Source of the DNA: Almyronema epifaneia S1
GTDB taxonomy: Bacteria; Cyanobacteriota; Cyanobacteriia; Phormidesmidales; Phormidesmidaceae
Direction of reading: 5' to 3'
Assembly: GCF_042788235.1 (NCBI RefSeq)
Contig: NZ_JBHZOL010000088.1
Coordinates: 46,837-110,836, forward strand
DNA length: 64,000 nucleotides
Part shown: in pieces, positions 39,635 to 48,712 of the stretch
How the letters are laid out: every line of letters begins with the position of its first letter
How positions within the stretch are numbered: position 1 is the first letter of the stretch
Notes under the pieces: generated by a model
What the model was told of the DNA's origin: nothing
Database searches by the model: none
What the model saw: only the letters and a program-made list of their open reading frames with translations
Position numbers and translations under genes: made by a program

Positions 39635-39642
39635 TGAAGGGA

Positions 39643-40140
39643 TTATAGCGAACTAGAGAGACTCAGAGACTTCATATAAACAAGATCGCATCTTAGAGTT
39701 TCAGCCCCCACGGCGGGCTGATAACCGCTGCGTTCGTAAAGGCTGACGGCTTCTTTAAGCACGCTGGCTGTTTCAATCCAAACTTGGTGAAATTGCTGGG
39801 CTGCGATCGCCTGCTCTAGCTGCTGGAGCAAAAAACGGCCTAACCCCAAGCCGCGACTAGAAGGTTGCAGGTACATTTTGCGAATTTCTACGGCTCGCTG
39901 GCCGCGTTCGATTGGATAGTAGCCTGCGGTACCGACAATTTGCGCTTGCTGTTCGACTACCCAAAATTCGCCGCCTGTTTGCCAATAGTAAGTTTCGACT
40001 TCTAGGGCATCGCGATCGGTTTGTTCTGGCTCCCAACCCAAGCCATATTCGGCCAAAGCAGTTTTGATGACGCTGGCGGCGGCGGCGCGATCGCTGGGTT
40101 GCCAGTCTCGAATCAAAAAATCTCGATAGTGCAAATACAT
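39643..40140 (-). CDS. GNAT-family N-acetyltransferase
   Basis: Acetyl-CoA binding motif A: [16 protein letters not shown]. Confidence 0.75.
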   Translation of the reverse strand: MYLHYRDFLIRDWQPSDRAAAASVIKTALAEYGLGWEPEQTDRDALEVETYYWQTGGEFWVVEQQAQIVGTAGYYPIERGQRAVEIRKMYLQPSSRGLGLGRFLLQQLEQAIAAQQFHQVWIETASVLKEAVSLYERSGYQPAVGAETLRCDLVYMKSLSLSSSL

Positions 40141-40144
40141 AAAA

Positions 40145-40771
40145 CTAGCTGTGTACCCGTGGTTCGGGGTGCAGGGTTGCTAGTATATTGCTTTCAACCA
40201 CCGCCAGTTCGGCAAGGCGTTGCTCAGCTTGCGATCGCTGAAAATAAGTGGTTGCCAGCGTCCAGTAAACCCCATAATGGCGAGCTTCAGAAGCCATCAG
40301 GCTGTGGTAAAACTGAGCCAAATCGGGTTCTGGGCAATGCTGAGCCAGCAGCCCCAAACGTTCATGGCTACGGGCTTCAATCAGCGCTGAAACCAAAAGC
40401 ATATCTAACATGCGATCAGGTTCGTGGTGACGAATGTGAGCTTTGAGCGCGGCTCCGTAGGGGGGTGGCGGCAACGGCCCTAAGGCAATTTGGCGACGTT
40501 CTAGCCACTGATTGACCAATTCAAAATGGCTCAGTTCTTCTTGGGCGATCGCTGTGAGCGCTCTGACCAACGCCTGACTAGACGGATAGCGAAACATAAA
40601 GTTGAGCGCCGCACTGGCAGCTTTGCGTTCGCAGTGAGAGTGATCTAAGAGAATAATGTCTAAGTTGCTAAGAGCCTGCTGAAGCCAAGCCGCAGAGGTC
40701 GGTGCAACTAAAAATTTAATTTTGGTAGCAGGCAAAACTGACATTGACGCTGAAAGACAGGCTGTTCTCAT
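40145..40771 (-). CDS. miaE: tRNA-(ms2io6A37)-hydroxylase MiaE-like ferritin-fold diiron protein
   Basis: Paired E...H and ExxH helices (QEELSHFE, LIEARSHER, SEARHYG) match the MiaE family. A likely start is Met-10 at 40744. Confidence 0.7.
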   Translation of the reverse strand: MRTACLSASMSVLPATKIKFLVAPTSAAWLQQALSNLDIILLDHSHCERKAASAALNFMFRYPSSQALVRALTAIAQEELSHFELVNQWLERRQIALGPLPPPPYGAALKAHIRHHEPDRMLDMLLVSALIEARSHERLGLLAQHCPEPDLAQFYHSLMASEARHYGVYWTLATTYFQRSQAEQRLAELAVVESNILATLHPEPRVHS

Positions 40772-40852
40772 TTTACAGTGGCAGGCCGTTGTCTAACGCC
40801 AGCAAGCCGCGATCGCAAGAGAACAGCCTAGAAAACTAGAAAAACAGAGGCA

Positions 40853-42310
40853 TTAGGCGCTCAAAGCGGCGTTGTAGATTTGCTCGTTAGCTTTGACTGA
40901 CTTTTCTAAATCGACTATTGGGTTAGGATAATCAACGCCTAGCCTTAGGTTAAAGCGTTTTTGTTCTGCAGGTCGCAGCTTGTAGGGTTCATGCACCTGC
41001 TTGGCCGGAACGTGGGCTAGTTCAGGTAGCCAGTGCTTAACATACGCGCCTTCAGGATCATAGTCTTTGGCCTGTTTAGGAATATTGAAGTAGCGAAAAC
41101 CACGCGCATCGTTGCCGACGCCTGCCGTGTAGTTCCAGTTGCCGTAGTTGCTACAAACGTCATAGTCAATTAGCTGCGACTCAAACCATTCAGCCCCCAT
41201 GCGCCAGTCGATGCCTAAATTTTTGGTTAAAAAACTAGCCACGTTTTGGCGGCCTCGATTAGACATAAAACCTGTATGCTTTAGCTCTCGCATATTGGCA
41301 TCGACTAAGGGAAACCCTGTTTGTCCTTGCTGCCATTGCTGAAAGCGTTCTTGATCTTGCTGCCAGTCAATTTTTAAACCGCGCAGACCAGAAGGATAAA
41401 AGACGCGATCGCCATACTTCACACAGGCAAAGCGAAAATAATCACGCCACAACAGTTCAAAAATGAGCCAATAAGTAGACTCGTTTGAGGTACGCTCAGC
41501 CTCATATTGTTTAACCGCTTCATAGATGTGGCGAGGCGAAAGACAGCCCAACGCCAGCCAGGGCGAAAATTTGGTAGAGTAGTCAGCCCCTAACAGACCA
41601 TTGCGGGTTTGTTTGTAGACTGACAACCCATCGGTTTGCCAAAAATAATGTTGCAGCCGTTCTAATCCGGCCAACTCGCCGCCCTTAAACGGCAACACGG
41701 CACGAGCATCGGCTATAGGAGTTTCTAAACCAAAGTCTGGCAGCGTGGGCAAGTTACCCGGTTCAAGCCCTTTTGGTAGTGCGGGGATCGCTTCAGGGGT
41801 GGCAAAAGTTGGATAGACGGCCCAGTTTTTCTCGACTGCTTTGCGAAAGCTGGTAAAAACGTCTGGTAGCTGCTCTGGTTCAAAGGGCAGATCATCTATG
41901 TGAATGAGCGTCGATCCCCAAAAAATTTCTGACTCAACCCCTAGCTTGTCTAGCGCATTTTCAAGAGCTGTTTCAACCGCAATTTCTTCGGCGGTGGCTT
42001 CTTCATGCCAGTAAACAGCATCAATCTTCAATTCTTTAACCAGTTGAGGAATTAGCCGCTCCGGATGGCCTTGCCGAATGACTAAATTGCTGCCTAACGA
42101 TTGCAGCGATTGCCGCAGAACCTGCAAGCTTTCTAACAAAAACTGCCCGCGAAAAGCGCCTGTTTTGGGAAAGCCAAAAGCTGTTTGCCCAAACTGCCTG
42201 GGATCAAAACAATAAAGTGGAATGACCTGAGCCTGCTTCTGCAGCGCTTGGTTAATCGGCTCGTGATCGTGAAGCCGTAGATCGTTGCGATACCAGATAA
42301 GAATGCGCAT
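40853..42310 (-). CDS. cryptochrome DASH / DNA photolyase family flavoprotein
   Basis: N-terminal photolyase alpha/beta domain (MRILIWYRNDLRLHDH) and a C-terminal FAD-binding domain (WRDYF, SNYGNWNYTAGVG). Confidence 0.85.
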   Translation of the reverse strand: MRILIWYRNDLRLHDHEPINQALQKQAQVIPLYCFDPRQFGQTAFGFPKTGAFRGQFLLESLQVLRQSLQSLGSNLVIRQGHPERLIPQLVKELKIDAVYWHEEATAEEIAVETALENALDKLGVESEIFWGSTLIHIDDLPFEPEQLPDVFTSFRKAVEKNWAVYPTFATPEAIPALPKGLEPGNLPTLPDFGLETPIADARAVLPFKGGELAGLERLQHYFWQTDGLSVYKQTRNGLLGADYSTKFSPWLALGCLSPRHIYEAVKQYEAERTSNESTYWLIFELLWRDYFRFACVKYGDRVFYPSGLRGLKIDWQQDQERFQQWQQGQTGFPLVDANMRELKHTGFMSNRGRQNVASFLTKNLGIDWRMGAEWFESQLIDYDVCSNYGNWNYTAGVGNDARGFRYFNIPKQAKDYDPEGAYVKHWLPELAHVPAKQVHEPYKLRPAEQKRFNLRLGVDYPNPIVDLEKSVKANEQIYNAALSA

Positions 42311-42515
42311 TAGGCAAAAGCGGAGCCTGATGAATCAACTTCAGTATTCTAAGGAAAAGTGAATCGGACTGCCCACTTCACCCCACCCGACAGCGCTTTA
42401 CCAAGCTGAGCGATCGCTAATTTTAATGAAAATTTTCTCTCAAATCACGAATTTTCCGATAGCTTAGGGGCCTATCCTAAAATTGTCCTAGGGCCTCGGC
42501 TAGGATAGAAACGGT

Positions 42516-43178
42516 TTGCTTAAAGTAATGAGAGTAAACCCCGCTTTAGTTGTCATGTCGCCTATCCACCGTCATCCGCTGGTTCTTGTTCATGGTATTG
42601 ATGATACGGTTGCCGTTTTTGACTCAGCGATCGCGTATCTCCGACAGCAGGGGTGGTCTTCCTTTCATCCACTAAACTTGTTGCCCAATAACGGCCACAC
42701 CGGATTAGACGTCTTAGCTACTCAGGTTGCACACTACATAGAACGCCGATTTCCGGCTGAACAACCCGTTGATCTTTTGGGGTTTAGTATGGGTGGCTTG
42801 GTCAGTCGCTACTATATCCAGCGGCTCGGCGGGCTAAAGCGGGTTGATCGATTTGTGACCGTTTCTGCCCCTCACCAGGGATCGTGGCTAGCTTATGGAC
42901 GTTGGAACCAGGGCTGTGAGCAAATGCGTCCAAACAGCTTGTTTATTCAGGATCTTAGCCAAGACGTCAATATGCTTTCACAGCTGGCGTTCACCTCTAT
43001 CTGGACGCCTTATGATTTGATGATCGTACCAGCCGAGAGTTCTCGACTGCCTGTGGGTCGTGAAATCAAAGTTCCTGTTTTGACCCATTCGGGTATGTTG
43101 ACAAATAGAATCAGCCTGGCGGCTATTCATTCTGCTTTGGCGGTTTCAAGCTTGGCTAATACAGCTATGTCTCTTTAG
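42516..43178 (+). CDS. lipase-like alpha/beta hydrolase (class 2 lipase / PGAP1-like)
   Basis: Nucleophile elbow GFSMGG and the oxyanion region LVLVHGIDD. Confidence 0.7.
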   Translation: MLKVMRVNPALVVMSPIHRHPLVLVHGIDDTVAVFDSAIAYLRQQGWSSFHPLNLLPNNGHTGLDVLATQVAHYIERRFPAEQPVDLLGFSMGGLVSRYYIQRLGGLKRVDRFVTVSAPHQGSWLAYGRWNQGCEQMRPNSLFIQDLSQDVNMLSQLAFTSIWTPYDLMIVPAESSRLPVGREIKVPVLTHSGMLTNRISLAAIHSALAVSSLANTAMSL

Positions 43179-43188
43179 AATTGGACAG

Positions 43189-43704
43189 ATGATCAGTATC
43201 ATCTGGAGATTGGAGACATCTAAACGTTCGCCGTACGCGTCAAGGATTTTTTCAGCGTTGAAACTCATTCAAAAGCGCCGTTTCCAGACGAGGACGGATT
43301 TAAAGGACCTGGACAAAGTTCTGGCATGGTTTGACCAGTTCCAAAGTTTGGCGCGATATCCCATCCCAGAAAATGTTTGGCTCCAGTGTCAGTTAGCGTT
43401 GGTTGAAGGGTTTACCAATGCGGTTCGTCATGCTCATCACAGTTTGGCTATAGAAACCCCCATTGAGATCGAGGTCATCGTTTTTTCTGAAGCTCTAGAA
43501 ATTTACATTTGGGATCGAGGGCCAGGATTTGACGTACAAAGCTGGTTACGGAAGACGCCCAAAGTGATCGACAAAGATTCTGAAGGCGGGCGAGGGCTAC
43601 GACTGATGGAGCGTATTGCCGATCGCTTTACCTACACATCTGAAGCCAATGGCAAAAACTGTCTCTATATTCGCAAAAGCTACCGTCCGATAGATTTGGA
43701 GTAG
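43189..43704 (+). CDS. RsbW/SpoIIAB-like anti-sigma regulatory factor (HATPase_c serine kinase)
   Basis: N-box EGFTNAVRHA and G-boxes DRGPGF / GGRGLRLM. It sits 10 nt after the hydrolase gene. Confidence 0.65.
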   Translation: MISIIWRLETSKRSPYASRIFSALKLIQKRRFQTRTDLKDLDKVLAWFDQFQSLARYPIPENVWLQCQLALVEGFTNAVRHAHHSLAIETPIEIEVIVFSEALEIYIWDRGPGFDVQSWLRKTPKVIDKDSEGGRGLRLMERIADRFTYTSEANGKNCLYIRKSYRPIDLE

Positions 43705-43714
43705 CCCACCCCAA

Positions 43715-44206
43715 TTATGCGTCGCCTACCTGAGCGTAGCTCGCTTCGCCAAAAATTGCGCTTTCATGACAATAGAACTTAAACTCCAGTAGGTTATAAA
43801 ACGGATCTTCTAGAAAAAAGGTGCGGTGCTCCAAAGCCGTGCCGACAAAACGGCGCTTGGGAGACTGATGAAACGAAAGATCGTTGGCTTCGGCTCTAGC
43901 TAGCAGGTTTTCCCAGTCGGCTTCTTGCCGAAAGACCAGGCCGAAATGGCGTGGATAAATTCCTCGTTGGGGGGTCAGGGGTTCACGGGTGACGTGGGCG
44001 ACTAGCTGATGTCCGCCCAAATTTAGAATGACCGAACCTGGCGTTTCGCGTCCAACTTCGCAGCCCAAACCTTTGACATAAAATTCTTTGGTTTTACTAA
44101 TTTCAGAAACGGGAAAAGCTAGATGAAAAAGAATAGAGTTCATGGCGGTGATCGTGCTGCTGACGAGTGAGTGACTCACTAAATTTAAGCCGTTGCAAGT
44201 TGGCAA
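43715..44206 (-). CDS. VOC-family (glyoxalase/bleomycin-resistance/dioxygenase fold) protein
   Basis: A beta-alpha-beta-beta-beta module with HLAFPV / HFGLVF motifs. The probable start is Met-22 at 44143. Confidence 0.6.
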   Translation of the reverse strand: MPTCNGLNLVSHSLVSSTITAMNSILFHLAFPVSEISKTKEFYVKGLGCEVGRETPGSVILNLGGHQLVAHVTREPLTPQRGIYPRHFGLVFRQEADWENLLARAEANDLSFHQSPKRRFVGTALEHRTFFLEDPFYNLLEFKFYCHESAIFGEASYAQVGDA

Positions 44207-44334
44207 AAGGCAACGGGTCGCTGTTGCTCGCGACCAATAACAATGGCAGTATTTCGTAAGCGATCGCTAGGTTTATCTTAGATCGAGCGTTAGGGTTTAG
44301 ACTGCTGTTGTAGCACTGTTGATCTTGGACTGCT

Positions 44335-45114
44335 ATGCCAATTTTGCCCGCTTTAAACGCTTGGTGGATAGCGATAGGGCTAAATAGCCTATTGCTAGCG
44401 ATCGCCTGGTTTTTGCCTAAAAAACTACTAACGCCGGCGGGCTATCTACATGCTTGGCTGCTGGGCGTTTTAGTTTGGGGATGTTTGGGTGGGCCGGGTT
44501 ATAGCGTGGTAATGGTCTACTTTTTAGCGGGATCTGCTGTCACCCGGATTGGCATGGCTCAAAAGGAGGCCGCCGGGATTGCTGAAAAGCGCTCTGGAGC
44601 GCGTGGCCCTGAAAACGTTTGGGGATCGGCGCTGACGGCTACGCTTTGTGCTGTGGGTAGCTGGCTGCTGGCAAACTGGGGCAGCGAACCGGGGCGGTCG
44701 TGGGGGATGGCTCTATTGGGACTTGGCTATGTGGCTAGCTTTAGCACTAAGCTCTCTGATACCTGTGCCAGCGAAGTGGGCAAAGCCTATGGCAAACGCA
44801 CCTTTTTAATTACCACACTGCAACCCGTAGCCGCCGGAACGGAGGGAGCCGTTAGCCTTGAGGGCACCTTAGCGGGTGCGATCGCTTCTGGCGTGATTGC
44901 TTTGTTAGGGTGGTGGGTGGGGTTGATCCCGGTGGGGGGAATTGGGATTTGCCTGGTGGCTGCTTTTATAGCCACAAACTTAGAAAGCTTGATCGGGGCG
45001 ACGCTACAAGAACGCTTTGACTGGCTCACCAATGAAGTGGTTAATATAATCAATACCTTGCTCGGCGCTGGGATCGCCATTGGGCTAGGCTGGCTGCTGA
45101 TACAGATTGGTTGA
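44335..45114 (+). CDS. DUF92/COG1836 integral membrane protein (VTE6-like phytyl-phosphate kinase candidate)
   Basis: Polytopic membrane protein with the conserved DUF92 block KRSGARGPENVWGS. Plant VTE6 and Synechocystis sll0875 belong to this family. Confidence 0.6.
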   Translation: MPILPALNAWWIAIGLNSLLLAIAWFLPKKLLTPAGYLHAWLLGVLVWGCLGGPGYSVVMVYFLAGSAVTRIGMAQKEAAGIAEKRSGARGPENVWGSALTATLCAVGSWLLANWGSEPGRSWGMALLGLGYVASFSTKLSDTCASEVGKAYGKRTFLITTLQPVAAGTEGAVSLEGTLAGAIASGVIALLGWWVGLIPVGGIGICLVAAFIATNLESLIGATLQERFDWLTNEVVNIINTLLGAGIAIGLGWLLIQIG

Positions 45115-45862
45115 ATCCCAAAAACAAATCTTACGATACTCGGCAATGACTGATTTTTCTTGGTTAACGGCTAGTCACTTTGTCATGTTGGGGCTATTGC
45201 TGGTGTTTGCGATCGCCCACAGTGGCTTAGCGGCTCTTAGACCCAAAGGCGAAGCTCTGATAGGGCCTCGAGCCTACCGGGTTTTGTTTGCGCTGGTTAG
45301 CCTACCGCTAGCGTCAGTACTGATTATCTATTTCATTAATCACCGTTACGATGGTTTGCGGCTGTGGAACCTCCAAGGCACAGTAGGCATACAGACAACC
45401 GTGTGGCTACTGTCGGCAATTTCCTTTCTTTTTCTCTATCCGGCTACCTTTAACCTGTTAGAAGTCGCCGCGATCGCCAAGCCGCAGGTTCATCTCTACG
45501 AAACAGGCATCATTCGCATTACCCGCCATCCCCAAATGGTGGGGCAGGTCATTTGGTGCGTAGCCCATGCGCTCTGGCTGGGGACGTCGTTTATGGTGGT
45601 GACCTGCGCTGGGCTGATTTTGCACCACCTCTTTGCTGTTTGGCACGGCGATCGCCGTTGGCGCGATCGCTACGGAGAAGCCTTTGAAGCGCTCAGACAG
45701 CGAACCTCGGTGATCCCGTTTAAGGCGATTGTGCAGGGAAAGCAATCCCTAAAACTGCAAGAATTTATCCGACCTGCTTACCTAGGGGTGAGCGCTTTTG
45801 TGCTGCTGTTTTGGTGGGCACATCCGCTTCTGATTCGCGCCACACGGGCAACTGGCTGGTAG
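45107..45862 (+). CDS. NnrU-family membrane protein (Z-ISO / 15-cis-zeta-carotene isomerase-like)
   Basis: Conserved His-containing TM helices (IAHSG, RITRHPQMVGQVIWCVAHALW, HHLFAVWHGD). A likely start is Met-14 at 45146. Confidence 0.6.
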   Translation: MVESQKQILRYSAMTDFSWLTASHFVMLGLLLVFAIAHSGLAALRPKGEALIGPRAYRVLFALVSLPLASVLIIYFINHRYDGLRLWNLQGTVGIQTTVWLLSAISFLFLYPATFNLLEVAAIAKPQVHLYETGIIRITRHPQMVGQVIWCVAHALWLGTSFMVVTCAGLILHHLFAVWHGDRRWRDRYGEAFEALRQRTSVIPFKAIVQGKQSLKLQEFIRPAYLGVSAFVLLFWWAHPLLIRATRATGW

Positions 45863-46034
45863 CTTATTGGTCAGGTTCTCCAAGCGCTGTAAAAGCAGAG
45901 CCTTCTTGGCTCAGGCGATGTTACCAGAACCCAACAAATCTCAAAGCATAAGTATTTTTTTATGGTCTGCCCACTTTATAATGATCCCAAGCCTTAAAGC
46001 AGCGTTTATTCATCAACCTAATTTAACTGAGACA

Positions 46035-46430
46035 ATGTCCTCATCTGTCAACGATAAAACATTTAAAAATCAGGTTTTGCAGTCTTCTATTCCTGTTTTA
46101 GTGCATTTTTGGGCACCTTGGTGTGGGCTATGTCGAATGCTCAAACCTCTACTGAATAGCTTTCAGGCAGAGTGGGAAGGCAAAGTCAGGGTGGTCGATG
46201 TTAACGCAGATGAAAACCTCAAACTTGCTAACTTTTATCGACTCACCACTTTACCAACGTTGCTGTTTATCGAAGACGGTGAAGTTTGTGAACGGCTAGA
46301 TAGCTTTCGCGGGCGCGAAGATCTCCGTCAAGCACTCGACACAATCATGCGGAGTCGCGCCGTTGCTAGCTATTTAGCGGCCAATAGCTTGAGTATTCCT
46401 GTGGTTACAGAAGTACCATTGCGAGACTAA
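46035..46430 (+). CDS. thioredoxin-family protein with a WCGLC active site
   Basis: VLVHFWAPWCGLCRMLKPLL. The track ORF starts at 45867, but a ~131-aa product from Met-57 at 46035 fits thioredoxin size. Confidence 0.7.
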   Translation: MSSSVNDKTFKNQVLQSSIPVLVHFWAPWCGLCRMLKPLLNSFQAEWEGKVRVVDVNADENLKLANFYRLTTLPTLLFIEDGEVCERLDSFRGREDLRQALDTIMRSRAVASYLAANSLSIPVVTEVPLRD

Positions 46431-47509
46431 GTCAAATAGCCTTCAATCAATAAATCAGCCCCTACCGACTGCCAGCTTAACCGCTCTAACTTGAGTGCTT
46501 GGGTCATCTTGTCCAAGCCTAAGTCTCCTACTGGGGTAGGCGCGTTCTGACCGCCGATAATTTTAGGGGCAACAAAAGCCCAAACTTTTTGCACAGCACC
46601 CGCTGCGATCGCTGCGGCGGCTAGCTGTCCGCCACACTCCCAAAGCACTGACAGCAATTCTCGCTGATACAGATAGTCCATTGCAGTGGCCGGGGTAAGT
46701 GTAGGCAGCGTGACGACTTCAACACCTTGCTGACGCAGATATGCTTGAAACGGCAAATTAGCCTCGGTTTCAGTTAAAACTAGAGTCTTGGCTTCCTCTA
46801 CCTGCCAGAGGTGGGCGGTTTTGGGCAAGTTCAACTGCTGGCTCATGACGATACGCAGGGGATTGCGATCGCTTTGTCCATGACTGGTTAGGTGAGGATT
46901 GTCGCGCCGCACCGTATTACCACCGACAATAACAGCATCACAAATTGCCCGCAGTTGATGAACGGTAGCTCTGGCTTCCGGGCCTGTTACCCAGGCGCTA
47001 TGACCAGAAGCAGCCGCGATTTTGCCATCTAAAGTCATGGCATACTTCAAAATGCCAAAAGGCTGGCGATGCTGAACTCGATGAACAAACGCTTCATTGA
47101 TCTGCTGGCAAGCCGCTGCTTCTAAGCCGACAAAAACTTCTAGCCCCGCTTGACGCAAACGGTTGATACCCCGACCGGATACGCGCTCATCAGGATCCAC
47201 CATCCCCACATAGACCTGGCGAATGCCAGCCTGAATAATGGCCTCTGTGCAGGGGGGTGTACGGCCATAGTGATTACACGGTTCTAAGTTGACGTAAAGA
47301 GTTGCTCCAACAGCGCGATCGCCCGCTGCCCTTAGGGCAAACACTTCAGCATGGGGTTGTCCCGCTTGGGGATGAAAGCCTTCACCGACGATCGTAGCCT
47401 CTTGGGTAATCACCGACCCCACCAGGGGATTCGGGGCGGTGTAGCCTGCTGCTTGCTGAGCCAAGGTTAGGCAGCGCTGCATCATGGTGCGATCAAAATC
47501 GGTAAACAC
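46427..47509 (-). CDS. ribD: bifunctional riboflavin biosynthesis deaminase/reductase
   Basis: N-terminal CMP/dCMP-type deaminase zinc motifs (HAEVFAL, PCNHYGRTPPC) and a C-terminal RibD reductase domain. Confidence 0.9.
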   Translation of the reverse strand: MFTDFDRTMMQRCLTLAQQAAGYTAPNPLVGSVITQEATIVGEGFHPQAGQPHAEVFALRAAGDRAVGATLYVNLEPCNHYGRTPPCTEAIIQAGIRQVYVGMVDPDERVSGRGINRLRQAGLEVFVGLEAAACQQINEAFVHRVQHRQPFGILKYAMTLDGKIAAASGHSAWVTGPEARATVHQLRAICDAVIVGGNTVRRDNPHLTSHGQSDRNPLRIVMSQQLNLPKTAHLWQVEEAKTLVLTETEANLPFQAYLRQQGVEVVTLPTLTPATAMDYLYQRELLSVLWECGGQLAAAAIAAGAVQKVWAFVAPKIIGGQNAPTPVGDLGLDKMTQALKLERLSWQSVGADLLIEGYLT

Positions 47510-47664
47510 AGCTATCTCTCGCTCCCAGTTGAAAACGCTTCTTCCTCAGCCTAGCGTGGTGGCTACCCGGTTTGAGTGAAAGGTTTGCAACGGAGAACTT
47601 TGCCTCTTGCCCGTCTTTAGAGCGATTCTTTTTTAAGAAAATTGTTGCCCGACTGTCGCTACTA

Positions 47665-47735
47665 GCGCTGACACGCTTCAACGATTGCAAGCCGCTGATA
47701 GAAAAGCTTTTCTTCTGCCCTCAGCCTTCTGCACT
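47665..47735 (+). repeat. MITE-like dispersed repeat, copy 7
   Basis: cgattgcaagccgctgatagaaaagcttttcttctgccctcagccttctgcactttgg. Confidence 0.7.
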
Positions 47736-47859
47736 TTGGCGATCGCTGAGCTAGAGGCATCCGAGCAGCCAAAAGCTAAAAAGCCCGTGACGCTGAGTTG
47801 TCAAACGGGCTTAAAGATATTTATTTTTGCTAGAATTTCGTGTTTTTTAATCAACCTAA

Positions 47860-48069
47860 CTAAACTGAAACCCACTCTGCTTCGTTTTCTGGAGCGGCTT
47901 TTTGGAAGACTTTCTTGAGCAGGATAGAAGGTAAAGTCACAGGCCACAAAATAGTCGCTAGTAGAATCACAAACCAAAGTCCTAAATCGTTTTTAGCGGC
48001 AGATTCATCCTTAGCAAACCCATAAACCATGACCGAAAAAACAAAAGAAGCCGGCAAAAAATAGAGCAT
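47860..48069 (-). CDS. small two-TM membrane protein candidate (69 aa)
   Basis: Two hydrophobic helices (FLPASFVFSVMVYGF; LWFVILLATILWPVTLPSIL) in an AT-rich intergenic island. There is no further support. Confidence 0.3.
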   Translation of the reverse strand: MLYFLPASFVFSVMVYGFAKDESAAKNDLGLWFVILLATILWPVTLPSILLKKVFQKAAPENEAEWVSV

Positions 48070-48712
48070 TGTTTTGTTCTTGAGAGGAGCTTTCTGTGTG
48101 TGATATTAGTTTTGCTGATTTGTCTAAAAATGACTTGAGGGGGATTACTGAAATCGAGTATCCGTATATTCACGGCTATCAACAACTTCGATTATTAAGT
48201 ACAAACCTGCTTTCAGGTCTATCTGCTGAGCCGTTGTCATTGGCTGCTATTGGCGGTTAACAAATCGCGTGAGTTGGATCAACCAAATCAAGCTATTCTG
48301 CTAATGCTTGACAGCGCTCAATCAGGGTTGTGGCAACTATTGCTATCTCTCAAGGTACGCGCTGTGACTGTTTTATTCGTCAGGGATAGTAGCTGCCCTG
48401 ACTGCTATCGAACCGCTGCATACGCCGACAAAGATATCAAAGTTATCTTTACGGTTATGTTGGTAACAATTCACTTTTAGACGCTCACTCTAACGCCCTC
48501 GCCCAGAGCGGGCGAAGGTCTTCAGTCTGCTCTAATGCCTCTTTTTCTACTTTGGGAAAAAGAACTGGGGTATCCCGTTTTTTTAGCTCCCGCTTCAAAT
48601 CCTGCTCCCCTGTTTAGGCGCAGAACATGGATTGGCTCCGCTTTTTAAGCAAAGCTGACCCGGGCTGGGCTATTGCTAGAGATGGTTGCGCCTCGAATGC
48701 TTGAAGTTCTGT

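Noticed and set aside
48585-48610. tRNA-like T-loop sequence cttcaaatcc
   Set aside because: The flanking sequence cannot form a T-stem or acceptor stem on either strand, so it is not a tRNA. I found no tRNA or rRNA anywhere in the window.
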